Assembly (NCBI GenBank): GCA_964016885.1
Contig: OZ024743.1
Span: forward strand, 262,632,001 to 262,696,000
DNA: 64,000 bases
Direction: 5' to 3'
Source: Eledone cirrhosa
Lineage: Eukaryota
The notes under the pieces are model-generated. The model had not been told where the DNA came from, made no database searches, and worked only from the letters and a program-made list of their open reading frames with translations. Of the stretch, positions 24,306 to 37,492 are shown in pieces. A program made the translations under genes and the position numbers. Position 1 is the stretch's first letter. The number at the start of each line of letters is the position of its first letter.

Positions 24306-25750
24306 CAATGTCGGACTGGAACCTAACACCACATCTAGCATCAAACACCAGAGACACACCCTATACTACATACCCAACACTAGCTGATCCATTATAACAC
24401 AAACAACGACATCCCTCTGGAACCCTTCGCAGGGAAAATACCCATTTATACCTCTACGGCAGGTGTGACAACATCCACCCACCTGGACGGCACTACGCCG
24501 CTCTAAGGGTAATTTGAGCATCAATTGATCGGTTGGATGGTGTTGGGCAGAGGAAACACCTTCCTTAGACAGATGTAAAATGATTTAATCGAGTAGCGCT
24601 GTTGACCAGTAGGACCAGGCCGCTGAGCGCAGTGAGTGAATGCAATGCAACTGCCGTGCGGGTTGTACGTATATGGATGATCTGACGGTCAGAGAGGGGT
24701 CGCGAGGACTGCGACTTGACCTTTGGACTGCTTGGGGATGATTATCTTTCGACATCCAATGTAGCAAGCGATGACCCGGATCTTACCAGAGATCATTGGG
24801 TCCTGAAGCAATCCTGCAATCACCGCGCCTGGTCATATGAGCAGACTACAACCATAGAGATCATTAATTTAGAATCCTCGCTCATCATCTATAATTTCCA
24901 TTTGTAGCACCTTAAGATGGGTTAATCCACCCTAATAATAATATGATCACCTTCAGCATAATTTAGTTAAACTACTCTATAGTTAGTACACTTTATGCTT
25001 TAAAAGTCTCCCTTGGAAGGTGCACCTCACCATAGAATTTAGGGTCTATATTGAGACACATTTTAATGGCTAGATATAGAAACCCCAGAGTTACCTCCCC
25101 GCATGCATTAACTCCCCTTAGCCACACACACACTTCCGGTATTCAATGGCGTCTCTCGAAACGTAACAACCACCTGTATCGAACTAAAGAGCACCAGACT
25201 ACGATCTCTAACTGGATTGTCGTGGATTATGTGAAAGGCATATAATCGAAATATACACTCCCTTGACCATGAAAATACCGAAGTACATGAATTACTTGAC
25301 ATCCCTGCGCTGTGCATCTCCAATACTTATAACACTTTTAATGCTTGCACTATCTTTAATGCTTATAATATTTCTCCACACACAGACTATATCAATCATA
25401 TAAAGACTTTGCCACCAGATCTACCAACCTAACACTCTTATTTACCTACCTAAGTGCCTCTACCACACATATCTCTCTGCCACACTATATAAACAAGACG
25501 CACATGCGTGCCACACATATAACATTTGCACTATATAACCACTTATCCTCATGTTGTACTTTAACCTATATCTTTGATTTTTTTGATTGTACCTATTAAT
25601 ATAAATGTAATCTCGAAGTGTGTACTGCCACTCTAAATTCTGTAATGAATGTTGACCCACAATGTTTGAATATGTATCAATGTTTGAATATGTATTGGTA
25701 TGTCTCTCGGCTGAAAAGGAGGTCATATAACTGTCCATGCATTAATAAAT

Positions 25751-25797
25751 TGCTCCGAAGAATCCAAACCTCGGTTTGGAGGAAACAGCTGTAAGCA
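25751..25797 (+). ncRNA. PLE hammerhead, CCGAAGA core variant
   Basis: TGCT CCGAAGA A TCCAAAC CTCG GTTTGGA G GAAA CAGCTGTA AGCA; palindromic stem III ACAGCTGT. Confidence 0.72.
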
Positions 25798-26039
25798 CAA
25801 TAATGTTTTGAACAGTTCTTTGATTCATATATTTCATATATATATATATATCTTTCTATGTATATATGTGTGTGTATATAATATCTAACAAACAATTAAG
25901 AAACAATAGAGGGGAGCTCTCTTCATATGTAGCATAAAAAATAAGTTACCTCCCCTCACACCCATTCCTCATTCCACCAAAAGCTCTCACCCCTGCTGAA
26001 ACATTGCACTTAGTTACAGAGTAACTCTTTATATTCTTG

Positions 26040-26820
26040 TTATTGCACTTGTTATTGCTTTTGTTGTTTTTGCTGCTACTGTTGTTGTTGTTGTTTTTCT
26101 ACTATTCTTGTTGTTGCTACTGTTTGTGTTGTTATTGTTGATACTGTTGCTGTTGTTGTGTTGCTATTGTTATTGTTGTTACTGTTCTTGTTGTAGTTGT
26201 TGTTGTTGCTGGTATTGATACAGTTGATGTTGCTGCTGCTGCTATTGTTGTTGCTGCTACTGTTCTTGTTGCTGCTGCTGTTATTGTTGTTGTTGTTGCT
26301 GCTGTTTTTGTATGTTGTTGAAAGCCATAAACTTGTATACACAGCTGCAGAAATTATAGCAGCAATTTAATGACACCACAAACCATCCTCACCAACACAA
26401 CCACCACTACCACTACCCCATACCTTCTCACACTTGCACCCCTATCACTGTTACCATCATTATAGCTACCAATACCCCCACCTCCATCACTATATCACTA
26501 CCCTACCACCAATACCACTGCTACTGTTATCCCTTCCATCACCATACCCTCCCCAGATCCTCTACTATTCCACTAGCACCATTACCACCTCCATCATCAT
26601 ACTGCCACCACCACCACAAATACCATTACTCACTGCTATCACCCACAACAAAAAACAGCACCACCACCAGCAACACCACCACCAGCAACACCACCACAAC
26701 CACCACAACCACCAACAACAACAACAGCAGCACCACCTCCACCAGCAACACCACCACCACCACTATTGCAACCACCACCAATACCACCACCCACCACTAC
26801 TACCCCCCCCCCCCGCCCCA
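26040..26820. repeat. Degenerate (GTT/GCT)n followed by (CAC/CAA)n low-complexity tract
   Basis: Direct reading. Confidence 0.85.
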
Positions 26821-27104
26821 GCTAATGTGTTTTGTATTCTTCAGGTCAACAGGGTATCATTCTACCCTTAAAACTGTCCCCCTCTCCTGATACTCACTGT
26901 ATGTGTATGTGGTGTCTGTGTAGTGTGTGTGTGGTGTGTGTGTGAACAGACATCCACCAGTCTCCCCCTACTCCTTCTAATCTACCCCACACCCACCGTA
27001 GTTACAGACTCACAAACATTGCTTCTAGTTAAGTTTTCTTTTCATTCTCTCTCTCTCTCTCTCTTTCTCTCTTTTTTCTCTATTACAATTACATATGGTC
27101 TTTC

Positions 27105-28110
27105 CCAGATTTCTGTCTGTAGTATTTGGTATTGAATTCGAAGAAGTTGTTTTCCAAGATGAATTTGAGTCCCTTCAACACAAATTCTTTAGGGATGCGC
27201 TGTGGAAGTTCACTAGGGAAATTTTCAAGCCAGAATTGTATTGCCTCTGTACCTAGGTTGTGTGGGATATTGGAATATAGATTGATGACACCAAACGTTA
27301 CTAGTAGGGTATGTTCGTTATTGAGTGTTGTTGGGAGGTGGTTAAGCATGTCAAGGTCATCCCTTATGAAGCTTTTATGTGTTTTAGGAAAGGTTTAAGC
27401 AGAATATTTAGGAAGTTACTTAGGCGGTGGGTTTCACATGTGGTACCTGCTATTATGGGTCTTAATTTAAGGTCATCAGGAGGGGGTATATTGATGTAAA
27501 TGTCTGTGGCTTGCTTGCAGGCCCTGCCTATTACTTCGCTCATGTGTCTTTGGTATACCGTAGAAGAGGCTGATTCTGCTTTTGAACTCTCTAAAAAGGG
27601 AAATCATATCAAACTCCAGACTACCATTTGCCCTCATCATGGATCAACTAAGCACTCTTGCCATAATAACACATTTTGAACTGCTTACCCCCAAGAACTG
27701 TGCCTGTAAATAATATTATTTTTTCTTTCCCATTACTTTATCATGTTTCACATTACTCCCCTTTTTTTTTTCTTTTTCTTTTCACTTCAAAAACCTTGTT
27801 TGTAAATAACATTATTCTTTCTTCCCCATTTCCTTAATATGTTCAACATCACCAACATTTTACACCAATACAAATTCCCCCCTTTGATAATGCATAAAAT
27901 GCTGAAACCGGTAATAGACCATTATTAAATATATAAATAAATAAATGCTATTGTTAATTAATAAATAAATAATAAACTAATACCTTAACACTTCACACAA
28001 AGTAAAATATTTTGTTTTAAACATTTTCTAACCCAGAAAAAAAAAAAAAAAATAAAAGGGAAAAAAAATTATTTTTCTTCCTAATAATCATCTTTTTCTC
28101 CCTATTTTCA
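27105..28110 (-). pseudogene. Decayed PLE RT fragment (Neptune-like) with adjacent pLTR-like sequence
   Basis: DLKLRPIIAG..THRLS, LVTF(G)VINLYSNIPH, FILENNFFEFN..YRQKSG; degenerate hammerhead-like TTGATAA..GAAACCGGTA near 27885-27915 on +. Confidence 0.8.
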
Positions 28111-28355
28111 TATATATATATATATTCCAACTCGTGTGCTCCTTCTCCACATTTTATTATTATTATTATATATATATCATCATCATCATCATCTCTGTTT
28201 TACGTCCATTCTTCCACGTTAGCATGGTTTAAACGAGTTGTCCTGTTGTGGGCAATGCTAGGTCAGGTGACCATGCCTTGCTTACACAGTATGTATATAC
28301 TCTATTGACTATGATTTGTGTATTTCTTTGGGACTCTCATCATCCAAATCCTGAA

Positions 28356-28550
28356 TTAACCCTTTAGCATTTACATTACTCTATATATACTATCATATTT
28401 TCATGGTAAAGGCTTTACTTCATATAATTATCTCACATAATATTAAATCTATGAAATTTTGATATTGAGAACATATGAGTGGTTGGTTACAACCAGTTTG
28501 AACAGAAAAAGGTGAGAGAATTCTGACCAGTTTAAATTCTAAAGGGTTAA
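28356..28550 (-). mobile_element. piggyBac-like MITE
   Basis: TTAA-CCCTTTAG...CTAAAGGG-TTAA. Confidence 0.85.
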
Positions 28551-29142
28551 TGCTAATTAATGCTAAAGTGTTATGTGCTAATATTGAAATTGAAACATGT
28601 TGAAATACCTCTTTGGCTGTCAATTGATTTTTAAAAAATACATATACATATATATATATTGCTGATTTGTTACCAGAATGGTAACAGAGAACCCTTATAA
28701 TGGCAAAGGTTGTCATGATCTGAGATTAGATGGGTCAAAGTTAAAGGATACTTCATACTACCAAAACACATAAACAAGGTTATGTAATTTGTAAATATTT
28801 CCACTTGCAAGCAACAAATCATAATAGCATTGTGAAATTAATTTCCTCATTGTAACATTTATGTTCTGGATAATACCTTGATTCACAAATGTTGATCTGT
28901 TAACATTGAAAAACTAGGGTTGACTCTTACATGAGATATATGAAAAATCCAAATTTGTTTGGAAAAAAAAAATAAGGGTTCGACTTTTATAGGAGTATAT
29001 ATGGTGGATTCTTCCTTTATATCTCTTTTTAAATTCTATTTCCTCACTCTCTCTATCCTTCTCTGGAAGAAATTTGCTGTATTCAGACCTGGAAATTATT
29101 GCGTTCTGCCAGGTTTCAGAAGTAACCTAGAAATGCTGTATG

Positions 29143-29358
29143 TTAACCCTTTAGTATTTAAACTGGCCATATCTGGCCAGACTCCTCTCACCTCTTTCTG
29201 TTCAAACTGGCCACTCATACTGACAAGGTATTGTTCTTAAAATAAACACCATCAATATCTCGGAGATTCAATATTATTTGAGATGATTATGTAAGATAAA
29301 CCCTATACCACAAAAATACAATAGTATGTATAGAGTAATGTAAATGTTAAAGGGTTAA
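29143..29358 (+). mobile_element. piggyBac-like MITE
   Basis: TTAA-CCCTTTAG...TTAAAGGG-TTAA. Confidence 0.85.
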
Positions 29359-29543
29359 TACAGCGCCCGTACAACTCCCTTAGGAGTTACGGGCCCATGC
29401 ATGCATATGGTCATTAGTTTAGCTGAAGTTATAGAGGTACTAAGTGGTTGGTATTATTAGCAATCCCCTCTTCCTCCCCTCCTCCTCTCTCAACTGAATA
29501 ACACTGGGGAGGAGTGGCGTTGGGGGCATAAGTTAAAAGTTCC

Positions 29544-29733
29544 TTAACCCTTAAGCATTTAAACCAGCCATATCCGACCAGATTTCTGGCTGTAACCAGC
29601 CACTCATACTGATGTTACAGTACTGTTCTCAAAATAACATCAAAATCTCATAGAGTTGATATAATGCGAGGTAAAGCCTTTACCATGAAAATACAATAGT
29701 AAATATAGAGTAATGTAAATGCTAAAGGGTTAA
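29544..29733 (+). mobile_element. piggyBac-like MITE
   Basis: TTAA-CCCTTAAGCATTTA...TAAATGCTAAAGGG-TTAA. Confidence 0.85.
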
Positions 29734-29752
29734 CATAATTTACTATGTTTGC

Positions 29753-29935
29753 GGTGGATTGGCAGTATCGGTAGGGGGTCGGACGACATGCTTTGACGCA
29801 TAGAGTTACGGCCCTTGCCATTCTGAGTTCAAATCCTGCCGAGGTTAACTTTGCCTTTCATCCTTATGGGGTCGATAAAATAAAGTACCAGTAATACACT
29901 GGGTAATTGCTGGCCTTGTGCCAAAAGTAGAAACA
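29753..29935 (+). mobile_element. SINE family 1 with 18-bp TSD
   Basis: TSD ATAATTTACTATGTTTGC on both sides; A and B boxes. Confidence 0.9.
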
Positions 29936-32900
29936 ATAATTTACTATGTTTGCAGTGTTTGTTTCAGCTCTTAACAATCAAAGTTCAAATCCTGCTAGAT
30001 CCTTCCAGGATCAATAATATGAAGTACCAATCACATCAGTTTGCTAGACTTTCCTCTCCCCTCAAAATTGTTGACCTTGTTGCCTAAATTAGAAACCTGT
30101 ATATCAATTTGTTCATGGTATATCAGAAAGTATCAACCAACAAAGTAACAATTATGTATCAATGGTGCATCCTCTATGTGGCCAGTCAACCTGCTAGAAA
30201 TAGTAGCCAAATCTCCCTCAGGTAAGACCCTATTACTTAAAAAAGAAAGGTGACCTACTAAAGGCAATAGACAAACCACCCTCAAATTACATCCTACCGC
30301 CTTTAAAAAAAAAAGAGATCTGGAAGAAATACCAGCCAAATCTCCCTATAATCCATCCTACTGTTTTAATCTTTTAGTTATCATATTTCCAATAGAAGAT
30401 GTTGCCAATGATTTTGAAAATAATCAAGAATCTGGAGGAATTTTGTAATATAACTAACTTTTTCATTTTTTATTTGGAACATAACTTAACAAACATAAAA
30501 TTATGATGAAAAGTTTTTAGATAAATATAAACATTTAAAGATAAACAGTTTTGTACCATAGAACTAGGAGTGGTTTCAGGTGGTTTGGTGATATTGAAAT
30601 ATATGTATGAATGAAGGCAGGATGGTCATGGTTAGAATGTATTTGATAATATCTCTAACTTTGCAGTTAAATAACAACTTAATAACAAAGTGGCTGTGAG
30701 GTTAAGGTGCAGATCAACTAATGTCATGAACATGAGTTCAAATGTTACTGTTACAGGGTCCGTTACGATGTAACCCCTTAATCATGGCAGCAGCATATTA
30801 CATTCTTGCTTTCTACAGTGCTTGCTTGAGATGAGATAAAAGAGGGCTCACTCCTTATTTCATGGTTGAGTTGTTAGTGATAAGATTAAGGGACTCTATC
30901 CAGCTGTGAAAACAATTGCTCCATTAAATAAATGATTCCATCTATTAAAGAATTTCTTTGGCTGGGGAGGGATAGATGCATAATAGAAAACTAAAGCACA
31001 CATACACACACATACATACACATGCACATATACACATACATATACATGCACATGCATACACATATGCACACACACATACACGTGCACACATACATAAATA
31101 CACGTACACACACGCATCAAGTAGGTCATAATTACAATTTCTCCAGTTTACATGTTTCTATGTTCTTCCCTGGCCCTTTGTATGATTTTGGTGTTGGGGA
31201 AGGGGAGAGTGACTTCAAAACATTCAGGAAGGGCCCTTTAGTTTGTAAGGAACATATTTTAGGAATTTTCATTTATAAATACTATTTTATAAACATTGAC
31301 AAGTGGTTATGAGATAGATTGCAACTACCCATGATATCCATCAACAGGAAAACTGACTTAACACCAAAGGAATACCTTGTTAACCAGCTTCAAACCACTG
31401 GCTCCACACACCCCACAAAGACCACCTTAGCTCCACTCAGCCCATTTGTATATGTGGGGAAAGCATTCTTCATCCTCAATACAGCATGTACACTATAAAA
31501 ATGCCTACATTATTTTGACACCATCATTACAGGCACCAAATGAACATTAAATTAGATGATTTGCCTTACTTAATACTAAGTTCATCATAGATTTTGGGCC
31601 CCCACCAAAAATATTACCTAACTGCCACTGCGTATGTATTGAATTAATGCCATTGCTTCCCCAACACAACCAAATAATCTGAACTAACCAAGAGAGGTTC
31701 TTAATAACATTACATCAAATTGTATCCTCCAGCTTGTTTTTATTTTTTTCAAGGCATCTGAAGGCATTAGATGTGTTTATGACAACAAAACCACAGGTAA
31801 TTTGGCAGCCAGCTGAAAAGAGCTGAAATGTTATCTCAACCAAAGTCTACTGACAAGAGAGGGAAGAGTGAAAAAAGTTTGCCTTATATGTTTCTAGGTA
31901 ACATAGTGTCATAGTTTATTTTAATTGAAATTGACCAATGTGGCATATGATATGAAAATACACCTTATTTTCATACCAGAACAAATTTCACCTAAGTGTC
32001 ATTTCACTATGTATATATATATTACTATCATCATCGTTTTAACATCTGTTTTTCCCTGCTCGCATGGGATGGGCAAGTCCTTTTCAGTACAGCATCTCTT
32101 CATGAGCCACATTCCTTTGTCATCTCTTCTGTGAGTCTCAGCAATTTAATATTAGCTCTCACCACCTCTGCCTAGGTCTTTCTTGGTCTACCTCTACTAC
32201 CTCTACTGCATCTTCCTGGCATTTCTTCACCCAGTGATCATCATCTGTGTGCATGGCATGTTATGGCATGCCTGACACATTGAGGTAGATGGAGACGTCT
32301 TGCTCAGAGTCTATAACACCAGACAAACTTCATGCTGTTCTGATGTGTTGAGGTGGACAGAGTCACAACATCAGACCTACAAAAGATTGTGCTGTTGTGA
32401 GGAGTTTCATCACTTACACCACACCGGTAGGTGGCCCCAAGTAGCTCTTGTGTTGTGGTGGAAGGGGCCAAAATGCCTACAGAGTTACTTTATCACCTAA
32501 TGGAGATGGAGATAGAATATAACAGCACCCTCAGCACAAATCTATGTTCAATAAGCATTATGCCATATATTGTATATATATATATTGTTGACCAACTAAA
32601 GTGTTCATATTTGAATTAAAGATTATGTTTAAAATCTCATAAGATTTTAAACGTAATTTTTAATTTAAATATGAACACTTTACAGTCAGTCTCATGGGAT
32701 CTAATATGAAAGTCTTTAACAGATTTGATGCCAATTCAGACTATGAATTCTTTGAATTCTATATTTTTCAGTTGCTACTGCTGCTGCTGCTGTTTTTTTT
32801 AGTGGCAACTCTTTACCTCTCCCTGAAATAAGAATTACTAACAAAATCATCAAGATTTACAGATGACTGGCTATGAAATTCTAGAGTAGCAACCACTGCT

Positions 32901-33472
32901 GAGTTTGTCAAAAGAAATGTCTCCACTCCTTTTATACAACAACAAGTCTACTATCCTGGGAACATTGCTTGCTCTCACTTGGTTCATTGAAAACGTCTCT
33001 CCCTCCTCCACCCCTTCTCTCTTTCCTCTCCCTTCTTTTCTTTTGCTTATGTCTTTATTTTTTTTTTTAATATATTTTGGGGAAGTGAAATGACTGAAAT
33101 TAAATCTAAACATACTGAAACAGAAATTGATATATACTCCATACACTCTTGCTGAATAACTGTATTCCCTTTATACACACACACACATAGACAGGCTGAC
33201 AGGTAGACAGACAAACAGACAGAGAAAGAGAGTTTGTATATGTATGTTAAATTGTTGGATATATATATATTTCGTTTCTGAATTTGTTTAGCAAGATTCT
33301 TTATCTGAAATCGTCTGTTGAAACCGATATTGTTATACTTTGGGAGGGTCATGTTGCCAATAAGAAACACACGCACCAGTTGCTTTCACTTCAATTTATT
33401 ATAATAAATTTATAAATTTATAAATTTCTGGTTGGTTGGTTGGTTCCACAACCAGATAGTTGTTTATATATT

Positions 33473-33515
33473 GTCATAGTTCTTTCGTCACACACTCTGT
33501 GACCTCTTCAGTGAC
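33473..33515 (-). ncRNA. PLE hammerhead, sense copy
   Basis: GTCA CTGAAGA G GTCACA GAGTG TGTGAC GAAA GAA CTA TGAC. Confidence 0.8.
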
Positions 33516-33716
33516 TGGAGATTCCTTTCTTTGTTTCTGTACCTCTCCTTTGCTCTGTCCTACGCCATTTTGTTTCTGTGTGTGTGTTGTGTGCTCAGTC
33601 TGCGCATGCGCCACATCCGGGTGTCTGTGTGTGTTTATGTTCATTTATTTATTTGTTTATTTACATGTTACTGGTTGGTTGTTTGTTCTATGTGTGTGTG
33701 TGTTTTCATTTTGTCC

Positions 33717-34846
33717 TTAATTGTAAGTTGTGATGTTGCTGTTCCACTCATATTTTCTATTTAATTTTGGTTGTAATTCTTTTATGTTTATTGCCTCTGT
33801 AATTTGTCTAAACATTGCGTCTTTTCTGTGTGTAGATTCTATTTTTATTTCTATGTTCTCTAATTTACCCTTGTGTTCTATTTTAGCATGTTGGTAGAGT
33901 ACAGATGATTCTTTACTATCTTGAAGGTCTCGCCAGTGTTCATTTATCTGTTCCCCTACACTACGAGCTGTCTCACCTATGTACACTATATTTTTGTCTC
34001 TACATTGTCCTTCAGTACATCTTATGCTATACACTACATTTCTAGTTTTACAGTTAATATGGGGGCTTATTTTACAGGTTATACATTTCTTATCTATACA
34101 TGAGGGTCTTTGAAAAGGGTATGTCTTGCTAATAAGTGTTTTTACGGAGGTACCTGGTCTTTCTACTATCTTAATATTGAGTTTATGTTTATTTAGGGCC
34201 CTTCTAAATTTGTAAGCTAATTCACCTCTAGGGGTTGTATCGATGAACATTACACTCTGGTATTTATTGCTATCATACCATGAGTTTATTCTATTAGCCT
34301 TGTTCCTAGTTCTTTCTATTCTATTCCAAAATTTGCTCCTATACAAGGGGCAGGTCCCATTTATGTCATTATTTACCATTTTTTCCCATTTGGTTCTGGC
34401 TCCTCTATACACTCTGATTTTATCTCTCTGGTTGTAGCCAGAGAACTGCATACGGTGGATGAAGTGTTGTATGTGTCTCTCTAGTTCTTCAGGGTTGCAC
34501 ATGCGGGACACATTTCTCATCACCCGTACCAAATCCGCAATCAGTATGTTGATTTTGGTATGGTCCGAAACAGCCGAGTTTCGGTGGATCAGATGTTTGG
34601 AAGTCATGGGTTTGGCATAATGGGAATGGAGGATTTGTTTTTTGTTGTTAAAGGTATCTAACCAGAGCTCTGTGTCTAGTACAGGTAATCGATGGTTGGG
34701 GTGTTTACTTGGGTAGTCTATAGTAACTCTAATGCTCTGGTGGATGGAGTTTGCTATTTGCTGGATGCTTTCCATTGTGTTTTTCTCTAGTTCCTGACTG
34801 TTCTCTAGTGGGGGTGTCTTAACTACGATGTTTATATCATCAACGT
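33717..34846 (-). CDS. PLE RT C-terminal half and GIY-YIG
   Basis: YVDD at the truncation point, LPVLD, HYAKP, CIDKKCITC linker, NVVY..VYIGET, EAINI..LNRK. Confidence 0.88.
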
Positions 34847-35020
34847 AGAACAAACAACCAACCAGTAACATGTAAATAAACAAATAAATAAATGAACATA
34901 AACACACACAGACACCCGGATGTGGCGCATGCGCAGACTGAGCACACAACACACACACAGAAACAAAATGGCGTAGGACAGAACAAAGGAGAGGCACAGA
35001 AACAAAGAAAGGAATCCCCA

Positions 35021-35063
35021 GTCACTGAAGAGGTCACAGAGTGTGTGACGAAAGAACTATGAC
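35021..35063 (+). ncRNA. PLE hammerhead, inverted copy
   Basis: Identical motif on the + strand. Confidence 0.8.
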
Positions 35064-35338
35064 AATATATAAACAACTATCTGGTTGTGGAACCAACCAA
35101 CCAACCAGAAATTTATAAATTTATAAATTTATTATAATAAATTGAAGTGAAAGCAACTGGTGCGTGTGTTTCTTATTGGCAACATGACCCTCCCAAAGTA
35201 TAACAATATATATATATATATATATATATACAACATGATATATGACCTGATGAGGTCATAGCCATTCAATGGCTATCATCAAAATATATATAGCAGTAAA
35301 TAAAGGATTATGAGTTCATGCAATTGACTTATGTTTTG

Positions 35339-35375
<37 letters not shown>

Positions 35376-35666
35376 TCATCATCATCCTCATCGTTTAACA
35401 TCCATTTTCCATGGTCGAGATCCAGATCGAAGGACCGTGTTTCACTCACACAGAACTGATTTGGGCTTGGTTTCTATGGCTGGTTGCCCTTCCTAACGCC
35501 AACCACATTTACAGTGTGTGCTGGGTGCTTTTTGTTGTGACACCTACATGACCACTCAAATGATGTGATGGTCATGACTGGAATGTCACTAATCATAAGT
35601 TAGCTAGATTAGGATTAACCTGGTACAAAAATGTAAGGACCTTTGTATTTGAAACACCAGATAAAT

Positions 35667-35857
35667 AATTGTTTCTACTTTTGGCACAAGGCCAGCAATT
35701 ATCACAGTGTATTACTGGTACTTTATTTTATCGACCCTGTAAGGATGAAAGGCAAAGTTAACCTCGGTGGGATTTGAACTCAGACCATAAAGGGCCGTAA
35801 CTCTTTGCTGCAAAGCATGGCGTCCGACCCTCTACCGATACTGCCAATACACCGCCC
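35667..35857 (-). mobile_element. SINE family 1 with TSD
   Basis: TSD TTTGAAACAC(C/T)AGATAAATAAT. Confidence 0.88.
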
Positions 35858-36099
35858 TTTGAAACACTAGATAAATAATATAAACTTAGTTATATCACTA
35901 AATGCCCCCAAATTCTTTATTATGTTCAAGAGTAAATTGAAGAAATATTTTTTATAAACAAATGAAATTGACCACATCATAGAAAGGAAATACATTTTTA
36001 GCTGTGATTTTCATGTTTAGCATTCTCTCTCTCACTCACACTCCCTCTTTCATTCTCTATTCATCTCGCTCACCCTCTTCATCTCTTTCTTTATTGGGA

Positions 36100-37065
36100 C
36101 AGGTCAGATCAGACTGGATTGAATTGGATTGTTAAATTTGTCCAATTCAGTCCAATCTGAACCAGCCCAATCCGGTCTGATGTGGCCCATTTGATCAGAT
36201 CTGGTTTGGACTCATCCAGTCCAATCTGATCAAATCTGATCCTGCCTGGTTTATCTGAATCTGGTCTGATCTAGGTCTATCCAATCTGGCCCAATCTGCT
36301 CCAGAGCAATCCAATCTGGCCTGATCCTGGCCTGTTCTGATTTCAACTGGACTGATCCAATCTGGTCTGATTTGATCCAGACTGATCTGAGATCTGATCC
36401 GGTCTGATCTTATCTGATCTGATCTGGACTGATCCAATCTGGACAAATCTGATCCAGTCTGGTCTGATCTGGATGGATCTGATCCGGACAGACCCAATCC
36501 GGACTGATCTGATCCAGACAGATCCAATCTGGACTGATCTGATCCAGACTGATCTGATCCAGTCTGGTCTGATCTGGATGGATCTGATCCGGACATACCC
36601 AATCCGGACTGATCTGATCCAGACTGATCCAATCTGGTCCAGACTGATCTGATCTGGATGGGTCTGATCCGGACAGACCCAATCCAGACTGATCTGTACC
36701 AGTCTGGTCTTCTCTGGATGGATCTGATCCGGACAGACCCAATCTGGACTGATCTAATCCAGTCTGGTTTGATCTGGATGGATCTGATCCAGACAGACCC
36801 AATCCAGACTGATCTGATCCGGTCTGATCCAATCCAGACTGATCCGATCTGATTCAATGAGGTCTCGTCCGGTCTGATCTGATCTAGTCCAATCAATCCA
36901 ATCCAGTCTAATCTGATCTGATCCAGCCCAATCTGATCTGGAGCAATCTGATAGGACCTGATCAACATTTAACCCGATCTGGTCTGGACGTATCTGGTCT
37001 AATCCAATCCAGTCTTGTCTGATCCAATCTGGTCTGATCTGGTCCAGTCCGGTCTGATCTGTCCT
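36100..37065. repeat. Pentamer-periodic GATC-rich satellite with about 60-bp higher-order unit
   Basis: GATCT/GATCC/GGTCT/AATCC/AGACT blocks; recurring GGATGGATCTGATCCGGACAGACCCAATC. Confidence 0.9.
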
Positions 37066-37344
37066 GAAATCTATAGAGTGCATTGGATGCATTTTATTGC
37101 GACATCAGTACTAGAGAGGTTGCTATTTCTTTGATATTGCTGAAGAGTTCTCCTGACACTTTGTTTGGTCACTTTACAGAGTGTACTAGGTGCTTTATTA
37201 TGTAGATCACCAACACTAGGATGTTGCCATTCTTTTGACACAACTCAAGAATCCTCTTGATCCTTTTTTGATGTGGTTTCTACAAATGGATGTCCTTCCT
37301 ATCACCAACCACCTTACACACACACATACATATGCATTCATGCA

Positions 37345-37381
<37 letters not shown>

Positions 37382-37407
37382 TATATATGAACATATGCAT
37401 GCATTCA

Positions 37408-37486
<79 letters not shown>

Positions 37487-37492
<6 letters not shown>

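Larger units (their letters stand above)
22413..25840 (+). mobile_element. 5'-truncated PLE (Hydra-like) with about 810-bp inverted pseudo-LTRs
   Basis: 22576-23385 is the near-perfect reverse complement of 25031-25840; GIY-YIG ORF remnant; (TA)n on both sides. Confidence 0.92.
33271..35208 (-). mobile_element. 5'-truncated PLE (Neptune-like) with about 360-bp inverted pLTRs
   Basis: 33328-33689 is the reverse complement of 34847-35208; (TA)n flanks. Confidence 0.9.

Noticed and set aside
26434-26871. His/Gln/Pro-rich ORF
   Set aside because: Low-complexity (CAC/CAA)n tract with no supporting gene structure
34847-34997. Hydrophobic N-terminus of the 426-aa ORF (similarly the starts of the 340-aa and 661-aa ORFs)
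   Set aside because: Read-through from the inverted pLTR, not part of the native protein
36195-36968. 257-aa IRSDQ/GSDQS repeat ORF
   Set aside because: By-product of a pentamer satellite that is open in several frames
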